Positions 1-9,152 of a stretch of 64,000 bases of DNA are shown here, one piece after another. Origin of the DNA: an uncultured bacterium. GTDB lineage: Bacteria > Muiribacteriota > Ozemobacteria > Ozemobacterales > Ozemobacteraceae. Location of the stretch: positions 5 through 64,004 of the forward strand of contig CAYYUI010000002.1 in assembly GCA_964474705.1 (NCBI GenBank). The letters run 5' to 3'. The position numbers and the translations under genes are program-made. The notes beneath the pieces are model-generated. The model saw only the letters and a list, made by a program, of their open reading frames with translations. It was not told where the DNA came from and made no database searches. The number at the start of each line of letters is the position of its first letter. Positions within the stretch are counted from its first letter, which is position 1.

Positions 1-581
1 TCCCGAGATATTCATTTTCAAAATGTTTCGGGGCTTTTATGCGAAAAAATTCAATAGCCTGACATTTCCGCTCACGACTTGCGTTGCGCCCATAGGAAAG
101 TGTTCACATGCTTGATGAATTTGTGAGAATCGTGGCGTTCTGCGTCATGCTCGCCGGAGTCGAAACGCTCCACGGAATTTTCAGGACCACCGTCCTTGTC
201 CCGAAATTGGCAGGAGTCGGGCCCTGAAGTTGAGCCTCGTTACGGGTTCCATGTTGGCCTTCGTCGATTGCTATCTTATGGTTCCTTATATTGGGGCAGT
301 CGAGCCGGTCGGTCTTTGCCATCGGGCTCGTTCTTGCTCTCTTCAAGGCCAGTTTTGATATTGCCCTTGCCAGGATGTTGCTGAGTTGTCCTGGGCGAAG
401 ATTTTTCAAGATTTTGACCCGCGAAGCGGAAACTACCTGTCCTTCAGCCTGTTGCTTCTGGTTATGTTTCCTTCAGCTGTAATGAAGCTGCGTTAAAGCA
501 TTGAGTTCAGCTTTCGATTAGATTAAGGTATACTGGGGTACTTAACAATCTGCCTTGTAATAGACTGAAGAGGGCGACAGA

Positions 582-860
582 ATGATGAAAAGCCGTATCG
601 TTTCCGGAGTAATTGCTTTTGGCTATTTATCAGGCGCGTATTTTGCAGGAGGTCCGCCACTTGCTTTGCGCGTCGCCGCCGGCCTTATTTTGCCGTTGGC
701 CTGCATCTGGTTCAGCGATGCGATGGGCGATTACATTGGTCTGGTCGGACAGATACCAATCTCGAGAAAAACACCAGGTTGTTTTGTCGCATTTGGTGGG
801 TGGCTGCTGCTCGCTTTGCCACTGCTGGCCTTACTGATTATCGGGGTCGGTGGAAGCTGA
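582..860 (+). CDS. small hydrophobic membrane protein (2-3 predicted TM helices), hypothetical
   Basis: 92-aa ORF, strongly hydrophobic (GVIAFGYLSGAYFAGG...LLLALPLLALLIIGVGG). SD-like GAAGAGGG upstream. No recognisable family. Confidence 0.4.
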   Translation: MMKSRIVSGVIAFGYLSGAYFAGGPPLALRVAAGLILPLACIWFSDAMGDYIGLVGQIPISRKTPGCFVAFGGWLLLALPLLALLIIGVGGS

Positions 861-915
861 TGACCAAAGAAAAAAAGTATGGCAACAATATATAATGAAC
901 TGAAGGAGGCAGAAA

Positions 916-1335
916 ATGAACAAAAGAAAATTTCTGTATTTACTAATTTTGCTGCTGGCTGCTTTCTTCTGTCTGTGGCTTTATTGTGGAACTTTTCAAT
1001 TGCAGAATCCCCAATATCTGCTTTGGATATATTCTGGTAATGAATGCCCGGAAGATTATTACGAGAAGTATGTTTTTGCCGATTCCTACAGGTCGCGGAT
1101 CATTCAGGGGCTTTCGACAGCTGAAATAAAAAAGCGCTTTCCAGGCATTGTAGACGGAGATTCCTTTCCTGTTGAATCTTACCGTGGAACTATCTTGCAG
1201 AACTGGCGAAATCATGAAGATTATAAAAACAGAAATCTAAAACTATTCTGGTTTGATAATGCTCCAGATAAAATGGGCTGGGTCATAATCATTTTAAATG
1301 AAAAGGGTTACCAGATTTACCCGATAAAAGGATGA
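916..1335 (+). CDS. hypothetical protein with N-terminal TM/signal anchor
   Basis: 139-aa ORF with GGAGG SD 7 nt upstream of the ATG. N-terminal hydrophobic stretch LYLLILLLAAFFCLWLY followed by a soluble domain. No family recognised. Confidence 0.45.
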   Translation: MNKRKFLYLLILLLAAFFCLWLYCGTFQLQNPQYLLWIYSGNECPEDYYEKYVFADSYRSRIIQGLSTAEIKKRFPGIVDGDSFPVESYRGTILQNWRNHEDYKNRNLKLFWFDNAPDKMGWVIIILNEKGYQIYPIKG

Positions 1336-1548
1336 AATCGCATAACATGCAACTGTCTCGGAATCATGTTCGCGGTCAGTAATAAGCTGCGTGATTTCTT
1401 GTTTGGGTTTATCGCTGCGGTCTTTTCTTCCTCTCGATTGACTGATACCAGACAATGTAGAAGTTGAAAAAGTTGGTTATAATGGTTTCGCTCGCACCCG
1501 TAAATTATGTGAGCCGGTAAGGTTAGAAATAATGAAGCTTGAGATCAA

Positions 1549-1938
1549 ATGAACAACTGGTATCAGAGCCTGCAACGGCCACCGCTTACGCCGCCCAGCT
1601 GGGTTTTCGGCCCAGTCTGGACGGTGCTGTACGTAATGATTGCTGTGGCGATAATTCTATTTTTGAAGAATTACCGTGCGGAAAGCAGAGCGGCAATGTA
1701 TTTGCTGATCGTAACCCATGTGGTTGCCAACTTTGCATGGACCCCTCTATTCTTCGGCCTTCAGAGACCTGGGCTTGCCCTGCTGGACATTGTCTTTCTC
1801 GATACAACCCTGATAATGATGATCTATTGTTTCTGGCAAACGAGCAGGCCGGCATCTGTTTTACTGATGCCTTATCTGGCATGGGTTCTGTTTGCCACCT
1901 ACCTGAATCTGGGTTTTTGGCTGTTGAACCGAACCTGA
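1549..1938 (+). CDS. tspO: TspO/MBR family tryptophan-rich sensory protein
   Basis: N-terminal motif WYQSLQRPPLTPPSWVFGPVWTVLY matches the TspO signature (W-rich, PxWxFxPVW). Five hydrophobic segments are consistent with the ~150-aa TspO fold. Confidence 0.75.
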   Translation: MNNWYQSLQRPPLTPPSWVFGPVWTVLYVMIAVAIILFLKNYRAESRAAMYLLIVTHVVANFAWTPLFFGLQRPGLALLDIVFLDTTLIMMIYCFWQTSRPASVLLMPYLAWVLFATYLNLGFWLLNRT

Positions 1939-2425
1939 AAAGCAGCCGCAACAAAAAAACGACTGGGGTGGTGGAACAGACTCCCGGTCGGGTGGGGCTT
2001 TTTCTGACAATGTATCGACGATTTCCGACGCTACAAATGGCCAGACGAATTTAAACTGGTAAAAATAGTCGAATAGACCTTGCAGATTGGGGCAGTCGGC
2101 GTATCAGCCGGATCAGGCGGCAAAAATTGCCGCTCAGCGAGTTACGCCAGGTTATTTGCCGGAGGGCGGCAGCTTGACCCATACCTGTAGTTTTGACTTT
2201 TCGTCAGTTCTTACAAGCACATAGTCTTTATAGGTTGCGTTGTTCTTTGTCTGCATAAAATTCACCCTTTTGTCGGCTGAAAAATTCAGTTACTGATAGT
2301 TTAGCAAAAAATGTGCCAAGATTGTCTGATAGTCATCGGCTGTCAGGAGGTAAAAGTTTAACTATGTTCTGAATAGCGGATTTGGTGCCGTTTGCCTTGC
2401 CAGATAAACCTTCGTTGGCTGAGTT

Positions 2426-2445
2426 CTGTACATTCGTGTGTACAG
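2426..2445. repeat. perfect 7-bp inverted repeat CTGTACA-N6-TGTACAG in a long convergent intergenic gap
   Basis: Read directly: ctgtaca ttcgtg tgtacag. It lies ~10 bp upstream of a TTGACA hexamer (2455..2460). Confidence 0.5.
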
Positions 2446-2580
2446 AGTCGTTTGTTGACAAAATTTCGGCAGTCTGTGCAAAAAATTAACTTTTGCTCAA
2501 AAATTATACAAAACTTGTAAGGTTACAACAAAATGTTTGTGTGAAATTTGAACATCTTCGAAGCCTGTTGCTTTTAAAAT

Positions 2581-3114
2581 TCAATCCAGGCCTGGAATGT
2601 CGAGCTCTTCGGGTTGATATTTTTCTGATTCGGGTGGCGGTTTTCTTGTTTGCAGATACATCCAGAAAGCGCCACAGACGCCGGCTATGCCCATAAGCAT
2701 CCAGAACAGGCCGAGGTCAAGAAAATTGCTGCCCCCGACACTGATCAGAAAAGAGTATTCATTTTTGCTGATGAATTCCAGTTCCTGGGCTTCGGTATAG
2801 GTGAGAGCCGAAACACCGACCCGCTGCAGTGGTTGCTCGGGGTTTTGCAGTGCTGCCAGAATAGTTTCTGACGAAGATATAGCTGAAGAGGGAAGAAGAA
2901 AAAGGTGATACTGGGTCGAGGTGATGCCAGGAGTGGCGGATTTCCGGATCAGGGTGCCACTGAACTCACGTCCGAGAGATCTGAATGAAGAAATCAGCAT
3001 GCCACAGGAAAGCATGAGAAGAAGCAGAGCAAATACTCTGGTTTTTATCTTTCCGGAATCGCCTCTAAAAAAGTTCATAAGCTTTACTTTAGACCGGGGA
3101 AATGAAAAAAGCAA
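2581..3114 (-). CDS. hypothetical membrane protein
   Basis: 177-aa ORF with two hydrophobic segments (FALLLLMLSCGMLISSF; LGLFWMLMGIAGVCGAFWMYL). No family recognised. Confidence 0.4.
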   Translation of the reverse strand: MLFSFPRSKVKLMNFFRGDSGKIKTRVFALLLLMLSCGMLISSFRSLGREFSGTLIRKSATPGITSTQYHLFLLPSSAISSSETILAALQNPEQPLQRVGVSALTYTEAQELEFISKNEYSFLISVGGSNFLDLGLFWMLMGIAGVCGAFWMYLQTRKPPPESEKYQPEELDIPGLD

Positions 3115-3203
3115 AAAAATATTGCTTTTTTTCTTGCGGTACCCTTACGGCTTGCTAAACTATATGTTATATTTATCCTGTAAGTTTAAGTCTGGAGGGT
3201 TAG

Positions 3204-3827
3204 TTGATGAAAAAGTTTATCATAGGGCTTCTCGCAGTTCTATTGTTTGCTTCAGCACCGGTAATGGCAGGCAATCCATACGGTTCAGGCTATAATAATT
3301 CCGGCCAGAGCGGCAGCAATGGCAGTTACGGCACTGTCGACCCCAATGACAAAGCTGTAGTGACCCTTCTCTGGATGGTCTACTCCGACCTGCAGATGTG
3401 CGGTACTTCTCTTAATCAGTCCGTAATGGATAACGTCTCTGCTATCGGTCATATCAACAACGCTCAATCGGCCCTCCGCAAAAGCGAAATGGATCCGGCT
3501 TACTACAGCCTCATCGGCGAAATCGATCAGCGCCTCAGCAAGATCAAATTCTATCTGGTCATGAATGAAAGAAAAGCAGTTGCTGAACGTCTGCATCAGC
3601 TGATGTCAGTCATCAGAAACGTTCTTGGCGCCGGCAATGGTAATCTTCCCAGCTACGGTGGCTACTCCGGTTACAACCCGAATGCCAACAACGGTTTCAC
3701 AAATCCGACCTCCGGCGGCACTCCGATCGGTTCAGGTTTCGTGCCGACTCAGCCCGAAATCCCCGTAAACGGCGGTCAGGTCAATCCGATGCCGGTTCTT
3801 CCTTCCGGTGTGGTTCCTGTAAGATAA
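3204..3827 (+). CDS. secreted Gly/Asn/Ser-rich protein (signal peptide)
   Basis: N-terminal signal peptide MMKKFIIGLLAVLLFASAPVMAG. Low-complexity GN-rich termini flank a central helical segment. GGAGGG SD upstream. Confidence 0.55.
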   Translation: MMKKFIIGLLAVLLFASAPVMAGNPYGSGYNNSGQSGSNGSYGTVDPNDKAVVTLLWMVYSDLQMCGTSLNQSVMDNVSAIGHINNAQSALRKSEMDPAYYSLIGEIDQRLSKIKFYLVMNERKAVAERLHQLMSVIRNVLGAGNGNLPSYGGYSGYNPNANNGFTNPTSGGTPIGSGFVPTQPEIPVNGGQVNPMPVLPSGVVPVR

Positions 3828-3848
3828 CCTGAATTTCTGCATAGTTTG

Positions 3849-3873
3849 AAACGGCGGTGAAAACCGCCGTTTC
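3849..3873 (+). terminator. putative stem-loop terminator after the secreted-protein gene
   Basis: aaacggcggt-gaaa-accgccgttt is a perfect 10-bp stem with a GAAA loop, followed by a weak T tract (tttcttc). Confidence 0.35.
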
Positions 3874-3893
3874 TTCACTTTAGAGGCAATTAC

Positions 3894-4409
3894 ATGATTT
3901 TTCTGTTGACCGGTTTCATGGCAGCCGGGAAAACTACTGCCGGCGCTGCTGCCGCTGCCAGGCTTGCCATTACCTTCCACGATCTTGATCAGCTGATCGA
4001 GTCGGCAGCCCGGATGAAGATTCGTGACATATTTGCAAGCCTTGGCGAGAGTGGTTTTCGCGCTCTCGAACACGAAGTTTTCAGCGGCCTTGTAAAAAAG
4101 ACCACCCTGCATGCAATAATTGCCGGCGGCGGCGGTCTGCTGACCAATGCGGCCAATCATGGGCTGATGCAGAACTGTTGTGTGATTTTTCTCGATACCC
4201 CTTTTTCGGTAATCGAGCGGCGGCTTGCTGAAGATTCAGGCAGTCGTCCGCTGCTTGCCGGCATGAATGCTTTGCAGATCAGAGCTTTCTGGGAAGCCAG
4301 GCGACAGATCTATTTAAAACATGCCGGTTTTGTGATAGAAGATGGTGATCAGATTTCAGCGTTGATCAGTAAAATAATCGCAGGTGCCAAAAATGAACGC
4401 AAACAATGA
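3894..4409 (+). CDS. aroK: shikimate kinase
   Basis: P-loop GFMAAGKTT near the N-terminus. ~170 aa with typical shikimate-kinase layout (DLDQLIE...G..I..IF...GE.GFR..E). The 3' end overlaps mazG. Confidence 0.8.
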   Translation: MIFLLTGFMAAGKTTAGAAAAARLAITFHDLDQLIESAARMKIRDIFASLGESGFRALEHEVFSGLVKKTTLHAIIAGGGGLLTNAANHGLMQNCCVIFLDTPFSVIERRLAEDSGSRPLLAGMNALQIRAFWEARRQIYLKHAGFVIEDGDQISALISKIIAGAKNERKQ

Positions 4410-5193
4410 ACGTATCAGCAGTGAATTTCTCAGGCTCGTCGAAATCATGCGCACTCTCAGATCGCCGCAGGGCTGTTCCTGGGACCGAAAACAGACCGGC
4501 AGTTCAATGGCGGAGCACATCGCTGAAGAAGCGCGCGAAGTCGTTGAAGCCATCAGCGCCGGTGACCCGCTGCATATAAAAGAAGAACTCGGCGACCTGC
4601 TGATGACAATTGTGTTCAGCGCCCAGATCGCAGCTGAAGCCGGAACTTTCGACATGAGTGACGTCGCCGCCGGTATCTGTGAAAAGCTCATCAATCGCCA
4701 CCCGCATGTTTTCGGTTCTGCCACCCGGGGTGTCGACCCCGAGAAGGTTATCGAAATGTGGGGCGAAATCAAAAAGCAGGAAAAGATCGACCGAAAGCGC
4801 CTGTCAAACCGCATGCGCGAAGCGCTCGACTTTCCGTCTGCTCTGGCCGGAGCTGAGAAAATTCAGGTTGAAGCAGCCAGAGTCGGGTTCGATTTTCCCG
4901 ACGCACATGCAGCACTGGCCAAAATCAAGGAAGAAACCGCCGAAATAGAGACCGCAATTGCCGGCCGAAACCGTGAGGAGCTCGAAGACGAAATCGGTGA
5001 CGTTCTTTTTGCGGTGCTGAACGTTTCGCGCCTGTCGGGCGTCAATGCTGAACAATGTCTACGCCAGGCGACCCGTAAGTTTGTCGATCGCTTCACCAGA
5101 GTGGAAACCCTTGTCGAAGAAGACGGCGGTTTTGACGGCAAGAGTCTCGAAGAACTCGATCGCTACTGGGATCGCGTCAAACTTGAAAAATAG
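4393..5193 (+). CDS. mazG: nucleoside triphosphate pyrophosphohydrolase MazG
   Basis: Two EE..E..E MazG cores: GCSWDRKQT...EEAREVVEAI...EELGDLLMTIVF and RHPHVF, then a second EExxE repeat (EETAEIETAI...ELEDEIGDVLF). A GTG at 4384 or the ATG at 4393 are both possible starts. Confidence 0.85.
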   Translation: MNANNERISSEFLRLVEIMRTLRSPQGCSWDRKQTGSSMAEHIAEEAREVVEAISAGDPLHIKEELGDLLMTIVFSAQIAAEAGTFDMSDVAAGICEKLINRHPHVFGSATRGVDPEKVIEMWGEIKKQEKIDRKRLSNRMREALDFPSALAGAEKIQVEAARVGFDFPDAHAALAKIKEETAEIETAIAGRNREELEDEIGDVLFAVLNVSRLSGVNAEQCLRQATRKFVDRFTRVETLVEEDGGFDGKSLEELDRYWDRVKLEK

Positions 5194-5358
5194 CGCCGGT
5201 CTCTGTGTGCAACTGTGAACATTTTATTGTACACTTTTGCAGAACCAGATAGAGCCGGTTCAAAGTACCGTTTTCTTTCTGTTACAGCCAATAATTTAAC
5301 GGTGGGGTTTTATTGTCGATATCGACAAAAGCTTTTGGTTTCAGGCTGCACTTGAACT

Positions 5359-7206
5359 TTACTGACGCAGGTTTTCTTTGAGCCGGAGCAGCTGTTCGCG
5401 GCGATGCGGATCGCTTTCGACTTCCAGACCGAGGTCGATTTCCTGGAGGGATCTGCGGAAATCACTGTTGCGCGCAAAGACTTCAGCAAGCACCAGTCTG
5501 GCCTCACCATTGTTCGGATTGGCCTTGAGAGCTCCTTCGGCATCGCTCTGGGCCCTGAGAAAATCTCGATTCTGCATGTGGAGAAGGCCTGACAGCGACA
5601 GGGTCTGGCTGTTGTTCGGGTTAACCTTGAGTGCCTGGTCTAGGTAGGCTCGCGCATCGCTGAAGCTTTCTTCAAAGATCAGCACTTTGGCCATCGAATA
5701 GTTGGGTTCGACGAGGTTAGGGTTCAGTCTTATGGCATTGCCGAAGAAGACCTTGGCCGCTTCGAGATGCCCAAGCTTTGCCAGTTCGAGCCCGGCAGTA
5801 TACTGCAATCTCAGATCATTAGGGTTCTGCATGGCCTGTCTTTTGAGCTTGTCGGCCGGGGTGTCGGCATCGAGGCCCGGGGTCGATACTACAGTTTCAA
5901 GCTTTGCCAGGTTTTCGATCTGGCGTTGCTGCTGCAGGCCGGCAACCTGTGAGGCATAGCGGGCGTCCTGCATCGCCAGCAGGTCGCACTCTCTGATGAT
6001 GCGTCGACCGTCATCTTCATATTCGCTGCTTTTCAGCTCTGGCAGAAGGTGAGTGATCTGGTCGCGGGCGATTTTATAATCGCCGTTAATGAAATTCACG
6101 AAGGCCGAAAGAAACTTTTTGTCGCGCTCAGAGCCGCCCGCCTTTACTTTGCGTTCGACTGCCGACATTGTTCCTTTGTCATCGCGGCCGAGCAGGGTAC
6201 GATCCATGGTGACTGCCGATCGGAAGAACTTGTATGCCAGATCGAGGCGGTTCTCTTTTTTAGCGTCGAGGGAGGCTTCAAAGAAAATCTGCGGCAGAAG
6301 GGGGTTGAGGCGGTGATATTTTTCAAGGTCGGCCAGCGCCAGTTCGATATTTTTCTGCGTTTTGAGAATGTTGTAAGTATAGAAATATGGCGTTGAATTG
6401 TCAGGTGCAATCTCGATGCAGCGCCGGAAATGCTTGATGGAATCGTCAAAACGCCCGGCATCGAAGTAGAGAACACCGAGCCAGAAGTTATAATCGAAAT
6501 TTTTGCTGTGATACTTTTCGCCAAGACTGACGAGGCTTTCGAGGCCCTTGAGCTGACCTGCCTGACGCAGCAGTTTGATCAGCGCCACCACTCCTTCCGG
6601 CGAGTCCGGGTAGTTTTTTACCAGTTCAGTGTTGTATTTGAAGGCCAGTTTGATGTCGTTTTCGTAGGAACTGGTGCGCGCCAGCCCTTCGTAAACTGCC
6701 CGGCGCATTTTTGCGGGCAGTTCGGCGCTGATCAACTGTTCGTAAAGCATGCGGGCGACGTTGATGCGGCCTGTTATCTCATACAGATAGGCGAGGGAAT
6801 AGGCGTTTTCCGGGATTTTGCGTGATTCCAGAGTTTTTTCAAAAGCGATGATCGCCGCATCGAAGAATTTCATGCCGGCGAGAGAGTAAGCGAGCATGCG
6901 TTGCAGATCAAAATCGGCCACATCTCTGAACGGTGAGAGAAGCTTGACCACCTTCTCGTAGTCGCCTTTCGCAAATGGCTCGGCGGCAGCCTTTACTGCA
7001 GCAGAACTGTCTGCTGAGCCTGGCTGGCTGGCCTGACCGGAAGCGGCAGCCGGGTCGCGTGCCGGTCGAGTGCGCACCGGCGGCTTGTTTCCGGTGAAGG
7101 GGTTAAACAGGAAGACCCCAAGGGCGAGAACGATTATCAATAAGAAAATGGGTAGTTTTAATCCGTCCATGCACAAAATATAGCATAAATTTTTAGTCAC
7201 AAACAA
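5359..7206 (-). CDS. membrane-anchored TPR repeat protein
   Basis: 615 aa. N-terminal TM (LPIFLLIIVLALGVFLF) followed by many TPR-like repeats (AYSLAYLYEITGR..., ALKANPNNGEARLVLAEVF...). Confidence 0.75.
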   Translation of the reverse strand: MFVTKNLCYILCMDGLKLPIFLLIIVLALGVFLFNPFTGNKPPVRTRPARDPAAASGQASQPGSADSSAAVKAAAEPFAKGDYEKVVKLLSPFRDVADFDLQRMLAYSLAGMKFFDAAIIAFEKTLESRKIPENAYSLAYLYEITGRINVARMLYEQLISAELPAKMRRAVYEGLARTSSYENDIKLAFKYNTELVKNYPDSPEGVVALIKLLRQAGQLKGLESLVSLGEKYHSKNFDYNFWLGVLYFDAGRFDDSIKHFRRCIEIAPDNSTPYFYTYNILKTQKNIELALADLEKYHRLNPLLPQIFFEASLDAKKENRLDLAYKFFRSAVTMDRTLLGRDDKGTMSAVERKVKAGGSERDKKFLSAFVNFINGDYKIARDQITHLLPELKSSEYEDDGRRIIRECDLLAMQDARYASQVAGLQQQRQIENLAKLETVVSTPGLDADTPADKLKRQAMQNPNDLRLQYTAGLELAKLGHLEAAKVFFGNAIRLNPNLVEPNYSMAKVLIFEESFSDARAYLDQALKVNPNNSQTLSLSGLLHMQNRDFLRAQSDAEGALKANPNNGEARLVLAEVFARNSDFRRSLQEIDLGLEVESDPHRREQLLRLKENLRQ

Positions 7207-7286
7207 ATTAAAGAAACTCTGGTCATAAAAAGCTGTGACTTTGCCGATAAAAAATCTGAAATCCCGCTTTATTCAGGAGTCACATC

Positions 7287-7667
7287 ATGAGAGTAGAAAT
7301 CAATGTCAGCGAAAACCAGGCTCACGAAGCTGAAACCACGGCTGCTGCCGTAGAAACAGCCTCAGAAGCGGTCTCATGTGACGTGGCGATCGATATCGGG
7401 CAGGTGCTTGCCGCCAATCAGGCATTGCTGAAAAACATGGCCCGCAAGATGGAAGCCATGGAAAGCAAACTGAACGGTATGGAACGCATTTTCAACGAGC
7501 ATGCCGCAAGAATTGCCGACGAACGCAATACCGTTCTGCTGCTCACCGGCCCGGTCAAAGAAATAAAGCCCTGGGAACCCCCGGCATGTGAAGACGTCGA
7601 CGCACACTGCCGGAAATTTTCGTTTATCGACAGGATTTTCAGACCCTGGCGAATGCGCAGAAACTGA
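7287..7667 (+). CDS. hypothetical protein
   Basis: 126-aa ORF with AGGAG SD upstream. Acidic N-terminus and a coiled-coil-like centre. No family recognised. Confidence 0.4.
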   Translation: MRVEINVSENQAHEAETTAAAVETASEAVSCDVAIDIGQVLAANQALLKNMARKMEAMESKLNGMERIFNEHAARIADERNTVLLLTGPVKEIKPWEPPACEDVDAHCRKFSFIDRIFRPWRMRRN

Positions 7668-7887
7668 GAGTCGTTAATGAGCTGACGAACACAACCATTT
7701 TTCGTTCAGCCCATCTATCTGCCAGTTTGACAAAGCCGGCTCCCGAATTTTTCGGTGATTAACCAGCAGACCGCGCTAAAACTTTCCGGGCAGCACAAAA
7801 TATCTGCCCGGCGTTAGGTTGCCTGCGCCAGAATGTTTTGTCGGGTATTAGGCTTAAAGAAGCACCGAAAAGGTGTTTTAAAGAACC

Positions 7888-8016
7888 TTATTTGTCATCA
7901 TCGATGACGACGATATCTTTAACTTCTTCGAGTTTGAGAGTGCCGGCCTGAAAGGCGAGGTAATGTTTGCAGGTGTCGCACTTTGAGTTGTTGTAGATTT
8001 CCCAGCAGTATGTCAT
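7888..8016 (-). CDS. small Cys-containing protein (42 aa), hypothetical
   Basis: Not in the ORF track because it is shorter than 60 aa. The ATG is preceded by AAGGAG at an ideal 7-nt spacing. Translation: MTYCWEIYNNSKCDTCKHYLAFQAGTLKLEEVKDIVVIDDDK. It lies co-directionally downstream of the 8044..8379 gene. Confidence 0.35.
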   Translation of the reverse strand: MTYCWEIYNNSKCDTCKHYLAFQAGTLKLEEVKDIVVIDDDK

Positions 8017-8043
8017 AGTTCAGCTCCTTGTGAATCAGCCTTG

Positions 8044-8379
8044 TCAGGCTGCTTTTGCCCATGATGCAAAATCCGCGCCGATCACTTCTTCAGCGAGCTC
8101 GTCGGCGATATCGAAGGCCTTGATCAACTCAATTCTGAATGCCGGCTCAAGCCAGATAGCTCTTCGCCAGCATCGAATTGCCTGACCGATTTTGCCGGTC
8201 GTTGCCAGGGTGATACCCAGATTATAGTGCGCCTGGGCATTGCGAGGGCAGGCGACCAGCGACTGCTGATAAGCATCGATTGCTTCAGCGGTCTTGCCTT
8301 CGGCTTCGAGGGCCACGGCCTGATCGAACAGTTCCTGACCCTGCTTTTTTGTCCAGAAATTAGCTGATTCCATATTCAA
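8044..8379 (-). CDS. small TPR-like repeat protein
   Basis: 111 aa. Helical-repeat signature AEAIDAYQQSLVACPRNAQAHYNLGITLATTGKIGQAIRCWRRAI. Confidence 0.5.
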   Translation of the reverse strand: MNMESANFWTKKQGQELFDQAVALEAEGKTAEAIDAYQQSLVACPRNAQAHYNLGITLATTGKIGQAIRCWRRAIWLEPAFRIELIKAFDIADELAEEVIGADFASWAKAA

Positions 8380-8612
8380 CCATATCTATCGGCAAAAAAG
8401 CGAAATCGATGCAGAAACATTGTATCACAAAACATACTTTTCTGCACGGCGCAGCAGAACGCCAGGCTTTAACAGTGGGAAAGCCTGTCATTGGTTAGTT
8501 CGTCAGCACTCCGGCGACTCACCGACACTCGGTCGCACCTGGGTTTCGCGAGCGGCAGGTTGCTTTTTTTCAGGCGCTCCAGTAGATTGCCATGGCAGAA
8601 ATGGAGGCTTGC

Positions 8613-9152
8613 ATGCTTATCGAATATTCAGGAAAAAGGCCGACGGTGCCTGATTCGTGCTTCGTTGCCCGAAGTGCCGAGCTGGTTGGTGAGATTACTC
8701 TCGGTGAAAACGTCAATATCTGGTATGGAACCGTTGTCAGAGGCGATATAAATACGATTGCCATCGGTGACAACACTAATGTGCAGGATGGCTCAGTCGT
8801 TCATGTCGACCGTGCCAACGGCAGCCCCGGCTCAGGGTCAGTTCGCATTGGTCAAAATGTGACTATCGGCCATCGCGCCGTGATTCACGCCTGCGAAATC
8901 GGCGACAACTGCCTGATCGGCATGGGCGCCATCGTTCTTTCGGGCGCTGTGATCGGCACAGGTAGCATTCTTGCGGCCGGCGCGGTAGTCAAAGAAAACG
9001 AGGTCATTCCGCCAGGTTCACTGGTAGCAGGAGTTCCGGCGAAGGTGAAGGCGCCGGTGTCGGCAGAATGGCAGCAGCGTATTCTCGAGTCTGCGCAACA
9101 TTACGTTATGCTTGGGCAGCGGCACAAAACTTCTACAAAGGTCGTAGAATGA
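8613..9152 (+). CDS. gamma-class carbonic anhydrase family / hexapeptide-repeat protein
   Basis: Left-handed beta-helix hexapeptide repeats (VNIWYGTVVRGD...IGDNTNVQDGSVVH...IGHRAVIHACEIGDNCLIGMGAIVLSGAVIG), typical of YrdA/PaaY gamma-CA-like proteins. GGAGG SD precedes the ATG at 8613. The track's start at 8592 is probably too long. Confidence 0.8.
   Translation: MLIEYSGKRPTVPDSCFVARSAELVGEITLGENVNIWYGTVVRGDINTIAIGDNTNVQDGSVVHVDRANGSPGSGSVRIGQNVTIGHRAVIHACEIGDNCLIGMGAIVLSGAVIGTGSILAAGAVVKENEVIPPGSLVAGVPAKVKAPVSAEWQQRILESAQHYVMLGQRHKTSTKVVE

Noticed and set aside
104-540. ORFs 104..409(-), 196..384(+) and 291..482(+), and a possible 39-aa membrane peptide at 108..227
   Set aside because: The three overlapping frames have no RBS or recognisable motif and mutually exclude each other. 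The short hydrophobic ORF (MLDEFVRIVAFCVMLAGVETLHG...) could be real or a frameshifted remnant, but I cannot support it.
1539-2054. 171-aa ORF overlapping tspO in another frame, and 122-aa antisense ORF 1586..1954
   Set aside because: They overlap a gene with a clear family signature and have no signal of their own. Typical shadow ORFs in GC-rich DNA.
4356-5141. Antisense and alternative-frame ORFs inside mazG (4356..4814-, 4658..4948+, 4863..5141-)
   Set aside because: Shadow ORFs of a confidently identified gene.
7786-7811. Perfect 8-bp hairpin ccgggcag-N10-ctgcccgg between convergent genes
   Set aside because: No U-tract on either side, so it is not a canonical intrinsic terminator. It may still be a processing or protein-binding site, but there is no evidence.
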